11,269 bases of DNA, from the NCBI GenBank assembly GCA_034408725.1, contig JAWXCN010000023.1, positions 1 through 11,269 of the forward strand. Direction: 5' to 3'. Positions 1-7,316 of the stretch are shown piece after piece. Numbering within the stretch: position 1 is the stretch's first letter; every line of letters starts with the position of its first letter. The notes beneath the pieces were generated by a model, which had not been told where the DNA came from, made no database searches, and saw only the letters and a program-made list of their open reading frames with translations. The stretch is from Candidatus Hydrogenedentota bacterium (GTDB taxonomy: Bacteria; Hydrogenedentota; Hydrogenedentia; Hydrogenedentales; SLHB01). The position numbers were made by a program, and so were the translations under genes.

Positions 1-61
1 GAATTGCGCGTTCGCGCGCTATGTTTAGCCGTGCCGGCGCTCATTTGTCTGCTCGTGGTAT
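1..61 (+). repeat. Exact 61-nt copy of 1586-1646 (inside the YfhO gene) at the window start; probable chimeric or duplication junction
   Basis: Bases 1-61 (gaattgcgcg...ctcgtggtat) match 1586-1646 exactly. From base 62 the sequence is the minus-strand GT2 gene. Confidence 0.95.
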
Positions 62-426
62 CGCGAGCCGACGGCAACGTCCGCATCAGTGCTTGCCGTT
101 TCGACCAGAGCAGGCAGGTAGGCGGGGTCATGGGAGAGGTCGGCATCCATTTGCACGAAAAGCGCCGCGTCTGGAAATTGTTCCATCGCGTATCGGTAAC
201 CAGCGACGTACGCCGCGCCCAGACCCTGTTTCTGGTTTCGATGCAGGACGCTCACCCGGTCCGGCATTTTGGCAGCTAACTCATCGGCGACTTGACCGGT
301 GCCGTCGGGCGAGTTATCGTCAACAACGAGTATCCGGGCGTCCGGCAGGTGTTCGAGCACCGTATCGATCAAGATCACGATATTGTCGCGTTCATTGTAT
401 GTCGGAACCACAACGACGACGGACAT
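58..426 (-). CDS. Polyprenol-monophosphate sugar synthase (DPM1-like GT2 glycosyltransferase), 3'-truncated
   Basis: Motifs VVVPTYNERDNI, ILVVDDNSPDGTG, GLGAAY, QMDADLSHDP and DVAVGSRY. GGGAG RBS upstream of the ATG at 426. Family similarity ends at GSRY, where the 61-nt duplicated segment begins, so the stop at 25 comes from foreign sequence. Confidence 0.9.
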
Positions 427-517
427 ACGCTACTCCCTTGCAACCACTATCGTTAGAAAGTCCGCATACTACCGGTGCGCCCCGGTCTTTGCAATGTTGG
501 CATGACGACGGACGGGC

Positions 518-2914
518 GTGCGCGTGACATTGCGCGTGCCATCGGCTTACCGCGAGTATTTGTTTCATGCTGCCCTTGTGGGGATGGCGCTCGCAGCTAT
601 TTTCCCGCTGGTGTTCCTGCGCGGCCACATGATTTCTTCAGCCTATTTGCTGTACGACTTTGCACCGTGGAAGGCCTATGGGTCACCAGCCGATTTTCCG
701 CATGACAAGGCGATCCTGACCTGGGAGTTCCTTGGCGTGTTTACGGGATGGTACTCCCTTGCGAACCGCGCGTTGTCGATGGGGGAGTGGCCGCTTTGGA
801 ATCCTTATGAGCATACCGGGGTGCCGCTGCTGGCCAACTACCAGTCCGCAGTGTTTTATCCCCCGAGATTGTTGCACGCGCTCATCAATCTTCATCTGGC
901 GAGTACGCTGCTGATTTTATTGAAGGTATGGCTGTGTGGTTTTAATGCTTATATCTATGCGCGTTGCACCGGCCTTGGTAAACCTGCATCGCGCCTTTTG
1001 TCTTTTGGCTGGATGCTTGCCACCTACAATATGGTTTGGACCTATTGGAGCCTGGCCGATGTAAGCGCCTGGTTTCCATTGCTCTTGCTTGGGGTCGAGT
1101 GGGCGTTGCAGGAACGGTACCGTCGCGCATTCTTTCTAATCGCCGCGAGTGCTACGTTGATGCTGTTAGCCGGGCATCCGGAAACCGCTTTCAGCATGGC
1201 GCTCGGCGCCGGCTTTTATTTTCTACTCCGCCTGGTTATAGTTTGGCCCAGCATGCGCTTTCCGTGGCGTGCGCCAGCGGTGTGTTTAGGCGCGTGGGCA
1301 TTGGCGCTACCGGTCTGCGCCGGGCAAATCCTGCCATTCCTCGAATACCTGCGCCATAGCTTTACCCTCGCGGAACGCGCCGGCCAGGCATCATCCGAAC
1401 ATGCACTAAGTGGCCTTGCACTCGTGAATGTCTGGGTGCCGCGCTATTTCGGCATGACCCATACGCCGACCGGGAATTATTGGGGTGGTTGGATCAATTC
1501 CAATTTTAACACCGTCATCTATCCGGGAATCGCCGTGCTGCTCTGCATTCTGATGTTGTTTTCCCTACGCAGAGGGGCCAGGAACGAATTGCGCGTTCGC
1601 GCGCTATGTTTAGCCGTGCCGGCGCTCATTTGTCTGCTCGTGGTATTCGATCATCCCGTCACGCATTTCATTAAAGCGGTGCCCGTTATCGGGTCAATGT
1701 GGAATATATGGTGGTTTGCATTTCCCGCCTTCGCGATTCCCGCCATTGGAGCGCTCGGTCTCGAACACGCTCTGGCAAGCAAACGTCCATTTCGAGACGC
1801 CGCGCCCGCGATAGCCGTCGCTGCAACGGCATTGGTCGCGTGCGCGGCTTTGTACCTCTCGTTTCATCGCGGCATTCATATTCTGGAAAAGAAGGGCTTG
1901 GACTATTACGTGCAGATGCAGCTTGGCATTGCATTCGTGTTCGCATTGTCCGCGATTACAATACTTGTCCTGCTGATTCGCTGGAAAAGTACGCGTCTCG
2001 CGAACACTCTAGTGGCGTTGTTGGTCGCGGACCTGCTATATGCGTCGCATGGCATTCATCCAACCGCCCCACTGGACCGCATTCTGCCCGAAACCAAGCT
2101 TACAAACTGGATTCAAAGTCAGGACCCGCCTCCCCGATTCGCATTGGGTTCCGCCTCTTCCGCGACAATCCCCGACGGCATCATGCAGTTCTACGGGATA
2201 GAAGATTTTTTGGGATACGATGGCATTTATCCAGAACGGGTGAAAGTGTTGCGTGAAAAGGTGAAACTCTGGAACAGTATCGATCCGGTATTTTCCGTGA
2301 AATACTATTTAAACCTTCCAGCACTTACGCTGTTTGTACCCGAAGACCAACGCAAAAATTTCAAACTCGTCGAGACAATTGACGGACTGGAAGTCTACGA
2401 AAACCTTCGCGCTTGGCCACGCGCGCGTCTGGTACCCAATGCCCGCGTGCTGCCAGACCGCGAAGCGATCTTCGACGTGCTGGACGATCGAACGTTCGAT
2501 CCCGCCCAGACTGTTTTGTTGGAAGAAAACTTCGAGCCGCCCTTGCCGGAAAATACGACGAATGATATCGGAACGGTCCGATTTGCCGGGCGCACCATGA
2601 ACACTGTTCGACTGGAAGCGCAAACCACCGCGCCTTGCGCATTGGTGTTGAGCGATCAATACTTTCCCGGATGGAACGCCTACATCAACGGCGAAACGGC
2701 GCCGATCCATTCCGCGTACTACCTGTTTCGCGCGGTCCAGCTTGCCGTGGGAAAGCAAACGATTGAGTTCCGTTACGAGCCCATGAGTTTTAGAATTGGA
2801 ATGGCGATATCAATTGCGGCCATGTTCTCGGGCCTGGCAGCCGCGTTATTCTGCATGCGAAAGCATCGCGGAATTGGCGCGATCAATCCATCAGGGCGCG
2901 CGCGTTGGCCATAA
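518..2914 (+). CDS. YfhO-family polytopic membrane protein (putative GT-C glycosyltransferase)
   Basis: 798 aa with many hydrophobic segments. N-terminal GEWPLWNPYEHTGVPLLANYQSAVFYP, LLAGHPE and C-terminal LVLSDQYFPGWNAYING...FRAVQLAVGKQTIEFRYEP followed by a final TM helix are typical of YfhO. Divergent from a GT2 lipid-sugar synthase. The GTG start is uncertain. Confidence 0.85.
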   Translation: MRVTLRVPSAYREYLFHAALVGMALAAIFPLVFLRGHMISSAYLLYDFAPWKAYGSPADFPHDKAILTWEFLGVFTGWYSLANRALSMGEWPLWNPYEHTGVPLLANYQSAVFYPPRLLHALINLHLASTLLILLKVWLCGFNAYIYARCTGLGKPASRLLSFGWMLATYNMVWTYWSLADVSAWFPLLLLGVEWALQERYRRAFFLIAASATLMLLAGHPETAFSMALGAGFYFLLRLVIVWPSMRFPWRAPAVCLGAWALALPVCAGQILPFLEYLRHSFTLAERAGQASSEHALSGLALVNVWVPRYFGMTHTPTGNYWGGWINSNFNTVIYPGIAVLLCILMLFSLRRGARNELRVRALCLAVPALICLLVVFDHPVTHFIKAVPVIGSMWNIWWFAFPAFAIPAIGALGLEHALASKRPFRDAAPAIAVAATALVACAALYLSFHRGIHILEKKGLDYYVQMQLGIAFVFALSAITILVLLIRWKSTRLANTLVALLVADLLYASHGIHPTAPLDRILPETKLTNWIQSQDPPPRFALGSASSATIPDGIMQFYGIEDFLGYDGIYPERVKVLREKVKLWNSIDPVFSVKYYLNLPALTLFVPEDQRKNFKLVETIDGLEVYENLRAWPRARLVPNARVLPDREAIFDVLDDRTFDPAQTVLLEENFEPPLPENTTNDIGTVRFAGRTMNTVRLEAQTTAPCALVLSDQYFPGWNAYINGETAPIHSAYYLFRAVQLAVGKQTIEFRYEPMSFRIGMAISIAAMFSGLAAALFCMRKHRGIGAINPSGRARWP

Positions 2915-3635
2915 GCTCGTTGTGAACCAAACCATTGCTGCCAAGTACGATGGCCGGCATCCTTCGGACGGCCTTGTTGTACCGCAACGGTACGCCGTCG
3001 ATGTCCGTCAGCATTCCACCGGCGGACTCAAACGCACAACTTGCCCAGGCATAGTCGTGTTCTCCCGTGCTTGGACTTGTCATGCAAATGCATCCTTCCA
3101 GCTCCCCTGTGATCACCTGGAAAATCGCGATGGCATTGTTGCGCAACTGCGCTGGCGCGGTGTGCAACGGCAAAAACCGTTCTGCGTGCGTAGCAATTTT
3201 TGGCCTGGTTGAATTGGCGGATACTTTCACGGCACGGCCATTCACAAATGCACCGAATGTTCGCCGGGCGTACAGGAGGATTTTGTGCATTGGAAAGAGA
3301 GCGACGCATTCATCCGCTTCGCCGTCGATGCACAGGGCAATGAGGATGCCAAAACCGTCGCGCATCGCCGCATAATGCGCCGTTCCATCGATTGGGTCTA
3401 CGATCCACACGCGACGCGCCTGGCCGCGGAGCGGGTCGTCCGGCGATTCTTCCGACAGCACACAGTCGCCGGGATGGCGTGATTTCAGTTCTCGCTGTAA
3501 AAATGCATCGACGGCGAGGTCCGCCGAAGTAACCGGGGAACCATCCGGTTTCGTAAAGACCTCGAACCCCTTTTCACGGTACTCCAGGGTCATGCGGCCG
3601 GCTTCTTCCGCCAATCCGATTAGCCACTGATTCAT
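2883..3635 (-). CDS. cysQ: Inositol monophosphatase family, CysQ-like 3'(2'),5'-bisphosphate nucleotidase
   Basis: Motifs TKPDGSPVTSADLAVD, LSEES, WIVDPIDGT and EHDYA (usually EWDxA). AGAGGA RBS on the minus strand at 3645-3650. Overlaps the YfhO 3' end convergently by 32 nt. The symbol is tentative within the IMPase family. Confidence 0.8.
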   Translation of the reverse strand: MNQWLIGLAEEAGRMTLEYREKGFEVFTKPDGSPVTSADLAVDAFLQRELKSRHPGDCVLSEESPDDPLRGQARRVWIVDPIDGTAHYAAMRDGFGILIALCIDGEADECVALFPMHKILLYARRTFGAFVNGRAVKVSANSTRPKIATHAERFLPLHTAPAQLRNNAIAIFQVITGELEGCICMTSPSTGEHDYAWASCAFESAGGMLTDIDGVPLRYNKAVRRMPAIVLGSNGLVHNELMANARALMD

Positions 3636-3688
3636 TACTAATTATCCTCTTACGGGCCTGGTGCGCATGGAAAGGGAGTGAGTGTATG

Positions 3689-3697
3689 TGGTACGAT
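3689..3697 (+). promoter_or_regulatory. Putative extended -10 promoter (TGnTACGAT) for the tRNA
   Basis: TG-G-TACGAT lies about 30 nt upstream of the tRNA 5' end. Confidence 0.45.
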
Positions 3698-3727
3698 GCG
3701 CTCAGTCAAAACCACGGACTTTCCTTC

Positions 3728-3803
3728 GCGCCCGTAGCTCAGCGGATAGAGCACTTGCCTCCGGAGCAAGGGGTCGTACGTTCAAATCGTATCGGGCGCG
3801 CCA
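3728..3803 (+). tRNA. tRNA-Arg(CCG)
   Basis: Acceptor stem GCGCCCG/CGGGCGC plus GCCA, D-arm GCTC-AGCGGATA-GAGC, anticodon arm CTTGC-CT-CCG-GA-GCAAG (CCG at 3761-3763), T-arm GTACG-TTCAAAT-CGTAT. 76 nt with encoded CCA. Confidence 0.97.
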
Positions 3804-3820
3804 TATAACTCCCACCTACG

Positions 3821-3896
3821 CAATACCTTACGAATGCGCCACTACGGGGCCAAATTCGACTACTTGACATTTTCGCTACTTTCCGGCAACTATAAT
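3821..3896 (+). promoter_or_regulatory. att-arm and integrase promoter region
   Basis: Partial IHF-like CAA-TACC-TTA (3821-3830); repeats TTCGACTACTT (3855-3865) and TTCGCTACTT (3872-3881); TTGACA (3864-3869) and TATAAT (3891-3896) separated by 21 nt. Confidence 0.5.
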
Positions 3897-3900
3897 TCTC

Positions 3901-4980
3901 ATGATTAGGGGTCAAAGTAAAGCGGGGCGAAAGTCGAGACCAATTACACGCGGCACCATCGTGTTGCGCAATGGAATCTACTCGTGGAAGCACCGGTGCA
4001 GAGGGCAAGTGGTGTGGACCCGGTTGGATGCTACAAACAAAACAGATGCGGAAACCGAGCGTGATGCCCGCATGGCGGACTTCCACGGGAATCGGGAGCA
4101 ATACCTTCAGAACGCGCTTGATCTGCCTGTCGAGGCGTTCTGGGCAAAGTATGAGGCATGGGCGCGGGAGCATCGGCGGGATGCAACGCTGAAAATCCAA
4201 ACAACATTCTGGAAGGCGTTGATCGAGCATAGCGGCGCGTACCGCATGAGCCAGATTACTCGCATCACGCTCGAAGAGTTCAAGACCGCACAATTAGGCC
4301 GTTGGTCAAAAGCCTCGGTTAACAGTGCGCTGAAGGACATCCGTGCAATATTCAACCGGGCGATTAAACAGGGTTGGTATTCGGGTCCGAACCCGACAGT
4401 CGGGATCGAACGCTACACCATCACCCGGAAGTTGCCGGAACCGCACAACGAAGCCGAACTCAACAAGCTGCTCGAGTACGCTGCGAAAGTTGGCCAGGTT
4501 GCGGAATGGACTGTGCTCCTGGGCGGATGGGCGGGACTTCGCCGGAAGGAAATCACGGCGGCGCGTTGGGAGTGGTTCCACTTCGACGGGCAGGAGCCTA
4601 TAGTCGAGATCAAGGCGTTCGAGGGATTTGACCTGAAGGATTCGGAAGAACGCACAATCGCGATGAGCAGGCGCGTATTCGACGCGCTGTATCCGCATCG
4701 GAAGGAAAGCGGTTTCCTGTTCGAGAGCGGACACAAGAACGAAGGGAAGCACCGCTACCGGTTCGAGCCGCGGCGTCAATTATTCGCGGCGCTACAGGCC
4801 GCGGGGTTGTCCACAGACGATGCTTTTCAGCGGTTGAGGGTGTCATTCGCATGTCTGCACGCGATGGCCGGCACACCAATTTATACGCTGTCGAAATGGC
4901 TTGGGCATAGCAGCGTGACAGTGACGGAGCGGTATTACGTGAGGGCCAAGGGGTATTCGAAGGACATCGACGCATTCTGA
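3901..4980 (+). CDS. int: Tyrosine recombinase / phage integrase
   Basis: 359 aa. Core-binding region (SKASVNSALKDIRAIFNRA), box I AGLRRKEI, K in DLKDSEERTI, box II FQRLRVSFA and WLGHSSVTVTERYY. Adjacent to a tRNA. Confidence 0.95.
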   Translation: MIRGQSKAGRKSRPITRGTIVLRNGIYSWKHRCRGQVVWTRLDATNKTDAETERDARMADFHGNREQYLQNALDLPVEAFWAKYEAWAREHRRDATLKIQTTFWKALIEHSGAYRMSQITRITLEEFKTAQLGRWSKASVNSALKDIRAIFNRAIKQGWYSGPNPTVGIERYTITRKLPEPHNEAELNKLLEYAAKVGQVAEWTVLLGGWAGLRRKEITAARWEWFHFDGQEPIVEIKAFEGFDLKDSEERTIAMSRRVFDALYPHRKESGFLFESGHKNEGKHRYRFEPRRQLFAALQAAGLSTDDAFQRLRVSFACLHAMAGTPIYTLSKWLGHSSVTVTERYYVRAKGYSKDIDAF

Positions 4981-5018
4981 AATAAAATACCCGCCGGATG
5001 TTGTAGCACCCGGCGGGT
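4979..5018 (-). terminator. GC hairpin with T-rich tail on the minus strand (possibly bidirectional terminator)
   Basis: ACCCGCCGG (4989-4997) pairs with CCGGCGGGT (5010-5018). The minus strand continues ATTTTATTT after the stem. Confidence 0.6.
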
Positions 5019-5110
5019 GAAGAGTCTTAACTACCAGGTAGGTAGTCGGAACCAGTCAATTCCGATTCTACCCTACCCGGTGCAACCCTTCAAGAGGGGA
5101 GAATTGCATC

Positions 5111-5371
5111 ATGCCGAAGCCGAAGAAACCCGCCAAGCCGAAGAAATCGCAGCCACCGAGCGCCTTGATTCAACAGGTACGCAAATTCCGCGAGGAGGAC
5201 CGGAAGACTTCGGAGCGCTACGCCAGACTCCACGAAGCAACCGTGGCGCGGCTGTCCGGGCCGGTCGAGTTCGATTGGTGCTCCAAATGCAAGGTCGTGC
5301 GCGACGGCACCTACTGTGTGGACTGCGGTTCCAAACTTCTGACCCACACAGACGTGCGGGGTGCGAAATGA
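5111..5371 (+). CDS. Small zinc-ribbon protein with basic N-terminus
   Basis: CSKC...CVDC motif pair, GAGGGGA RBS at 5094-5100, ATGA-coupled to the next ORF. Confidence 0.7.
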   Translation: MPKPKKPAKPKKSQPPSALIQQVRKFREEDRKTSERYARLHEATVARLSGPVEFDWCSKCKVVRDGTYCVDCGSKLLTHTDVRGAK

Positions 5372-5481
5372 GCAAGAAAAACAAGCGTGTCAATCCTGGG
5401 TATCGGCAAAAGATTTTGCAGGACTGGAAGAACCTTCGGCGTCTTATTGAATTGCGCCTACGAAAGCGGGGTGCGAAATGA
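5356..5481 (+). repeat. 16-nt direct repeat GCGGGGTGCGAAATGA at two consecutive gene junctions
   Basis: Exact copies at 5356-5371 and 5466-5481. Confidence 0.9.
5368..5481 (+). CDS. 37-aa basic small protein (MSKKNKRVNPGY...LRKRGAK)
   Basis: ATGA overlaps with both neighbours. It is the C-terminal part of the listed ORF 5017-5481. Confidence 0.6.
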   Translation: MSKKNKRVNPGYRQKILQDWKNLRRLIELRLRKRGAK

Positions 5482-6263
5482 AAGCACAGCCAACCGGAAA
5501 GAGGCCGAAAAACCGCACGTGTCTAGATGTCCACCCGGACACGAAGGCATTCCATAACCCCGACGCGAAGCTATCAGCCGTTCCATGGCTGAAGGGCGTG
5601 CGAGTCGAACTCTACGGGCCGGAGATTTGGGCACCAGCCGGACCGGGTGTTACGGAAAACCTTTGCGAGCGTTGCGGCGGGCACCACACGATACTCAACG
5701 ATAAAGCGCGTTATTGCCCGTGGTGTGGCGCTGTGCTGTACCTCAACAAGGCGCGGCGGTTCCCCGAACTGAAACTTGCAAGCCCGGACGAGTTGAGGAC
5801 CGACGATGATGACGATGATGCGCCGGCGACGTTGCCGGAAATCCCGTCGCAGTCGGAACATGACAAATTGATGGAGACGCTGAAAGAATTCGCGAAAATA
5901 CAATGCGCTTACTTCGATAAAGTGCTGTCCGAAAACAAACAGGCGGCGGCGGAGCCCGAGCCGTACAAGCAATCCATCGTTGACACGCTCAACATGCTTG
6001 CCGAAGGACTCTCGTGCGCATGCGGAGACGCGGAGAAGCCGGACGTCGGCGGGGACGAAGCGATTAACCATTTCGCGCGCGGAATCCGGTTGTTGCTGGA
6101 AACGGAGAAGACGCACGAGAGCGCGATCAGCCTGTTAGTCTATCGCTTATGGGAAGCGGGACAAACACTACCGGAACTCGTGACTGGCGATTCCGTGAAA
6201 GACCATTTCGCGCGCGGCGTCCATAAGTTGTTGGCGGATATTGCCGAGATCGAAGCAACATAG
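5478..6263 (+). CDS. Hypothetical protein with zinc ribbon, acidic linker and a duplicated C-terminal helical motif
   Basis: CERC...CPWC motif pair, DDDDDD tract, HFARG motif twice 45 aa apart, ATGA-coupled start. Confidence 0.75.
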   Translation: MKAQPTGKRPKNRTCLDVHPDTKAFHNPDAKLSAVPWLKGVRVELYGPEIWAPAGPGVTENLCERCGGHHTILNDKARYCPWCGAVLYLNKARRFPELKLASPDELRTDDDDDDAPATLPEIPSQSEHDKLMETLKEFAKIQCAYFDKVLSENKQAAAEPEPYKQSIVDTLNMLAEGLSCACGDAEKPDVGGDEAINHFARGIRLLLETEKTHESAISLLVYRLWEAGQTLPELVTGDSVKDHFARGVHKLLADIAEIEAT

Positions 6264-6276
6264 TTTTTTGTCTCTC

Positions 6277-6337
6277 ACCCCGCGCGGTCTAGGGTAGCTC
6301 CCGAAAACCGCATACCGTGGCGCCGGCCGCGCGGGGT
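6277..6337 (+). ncRNA. Candidate structured cis-regulatory RNA (three-way junction) upstream of ORF 6374
   Basis: 13-bp outer stem 6277-6289/6325-6337 (one G-U) enclosing GGG-TAGCT-CCC, a GAAAA linker and CCGC-ATACC-GTGG; followed by TTATT. Confidence 0.5.
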
Positions 6338-6373
6338 TTATTGAAGCACGGAGCACCAACGGGAGTGCGAGAA

Positions 6374-7054
6374 ATGAACGAAGCGGATTGGGAAAAATGG
6401 AAACCGGATTTACTTGCGGACAATCACTTGTGGGTTTGGACGCTGGCGCATCTATTGTGCGGAAAAGAGATGCCGCACGGCGGCACGGCATGGGTACCTG
6501 CGAGAAAGATAGTCGAGCAAGCCGTGCTGTGTGTGGACGAAGGATCGCTACAGGGCGTCAAGCAGACTTCCCACCATTCGCGTATCAAGTACGACTATTC
6601 CAAAGCGGTTATACGTTCTGGCAAGTTTCCAAAAGGGGAAGCCGTCGGCGTCGAGAGCTATGTCGAATACACCTACATGATACGGCCGGCGGCGTTTGTC
6701 GCCTGGGCACGTGGCAAGGGATACGCGGTTGCGCCGGAGTTGAATGCGATGTTCCCGCTGGCAAAGGTCAAAGTATCTCGTGGCCCTCACAAGGGTGCAA
6801 AAACAAACCAAGTGAACGCGGCGAAGCGGCGGGAAGCGTTGCGGGCTGCAATCGGATTCATCTTACAAACAACCCCGCGGCAACAAGGATTGTCAGCAAC
6901 CCGGTGGAACGCGGAAATGGTGTTTACCATCCTAAAAAAACAACACCAAGCCGGAAATCTCAAAGAATACTTTTCGCAGAAAGTAACCCTACTCACGGAC
7001 AAAAAGACTGTTCTACCAATCATCCAAGAACAGTTAGACACGAAAATCCGATAA
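6374..7054 (+). CDS. Hypothetical genomic-island protein, possible DNA-binding regulator (226 aa)
   Basis: ATG at 6374 with GGGAG RBS at 6361-6365, preferred over GTG 6317 which lies inside the RNA stem. Pattern W..LL.G..P and F.AWA..KG....EL, basic C-terminus. Function is inference. Confidence 0.75.
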   Translation: MNEADWEKWKPDLLADNHLWVWTLAHLLCGKEMPHGGTAWVPARKIVEQAVLCVDEGSLQGVKQTSHHSRIKYDYSKAVIRSGKFPKGEAVGVESYVEYTYMIRPAAFVAWARGKGYAVAPELNAMFPLAKVKVSRGPHKGAKTNQVNAAKRREALRAAIGFILQTTPRQQGLSATRWNAEMVFTILKKQHQAGNLKEYFSQKVTLLTDKKTVLPIIQEQLDTKIR

Positions 7055-7059
7055 TTCCA

Positions 7060-7146
7060 GCGGACCTTATGCGGACCTTTGAAGGTACGCATACCCCTAT
7101 AAATATTGCCGATTGTAAAGGTCCGCATAAGGTCCGCAAGGTTCGC
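7060..7146. repeat. Operator- or iteron-like array: 21-bp perfect inverted repeat built from ~11-bp units
   Basis: GCGGACCTTATGCGGACCTTT (7060-7080) is the exact reverse complement of 7117-7137. Extra degenerate units AAGGTACGCAT (7082-7092) and AAGGTTCGC (7138-7146). AT-rich centre. Confidence 0.9.
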
Positions 7147-7163
7147 GCTATCACTTTTTGTAG

Positions 7164-7188
7164 ATGTCGAGTAACTTGCACTCGACAT
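7164..7188. promoter_or_regulatory. Inverted repeat ATGTCGAGT-N7-ACTCGACAT (operator or hairpin)
   Basis: Perfect 9-bp arms at 7164-7172 and 7180-7188. Confidence 0.6.
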
Positions 7189-7261
7189 TTGAAAAACGGG
7201 CACACGGACCGACGAATCCGCCTAACCAATCGCTTTCCCGTTCGCGCCTCACAGGCGTTTC

Positions 7262-7305
7262 GGCCACTGGTGAAACTTTCGTCGGTCCCACCGGTGGCCT
7301 TTTTT
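7262..7305 (+). terminator. Intrinsic terminator / attenuator in the leader of the replication operon
   Basis: GGCCACTGGTG (7262-7272) pairs with CACCGGTGGCC (7289-7299), followed by T6 (7300-7305), 11 nt before ATG 7317. Confidence 0.7.
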
Positions 7306-7316
7306 CATTCCGGGAA

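Noticed and set aside
4-279. ORF 4-279 starting with a YfhO-identical peptide, and ORF 21-527
   Set aside because: Products of the 61-nt duplicated segment joined to the antisense strand of the GT2 gene; not real genes.
683-2758. Numerous short alternative-frame and antisense ORFs within the YfhO gene
   Set aside because: Shadow ORFs expected in GC-rich coding DNA; the same applies to those inside cysQ, int and the protease gene.
5017-5367. N-terminal extension of ORF 5017-5481
   Set aside because: Starts inside a hairpin and overlaps the better-supported zinc-ribbon ORF 5111-5371. Only the ATGA-coupled part from 5368 is retained.
6277-6337. Hammerhead ribozyme (three-way junction with GAAA)
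   Set aside because: The CUGANGA core is absent.
7164-7316. Upstream start of the rep ORF at 7164
   Set aside because: The ATG lies within an inverted repeat, has no SD and is followed by a terminator. ATG 7317/7320 is more plausible.
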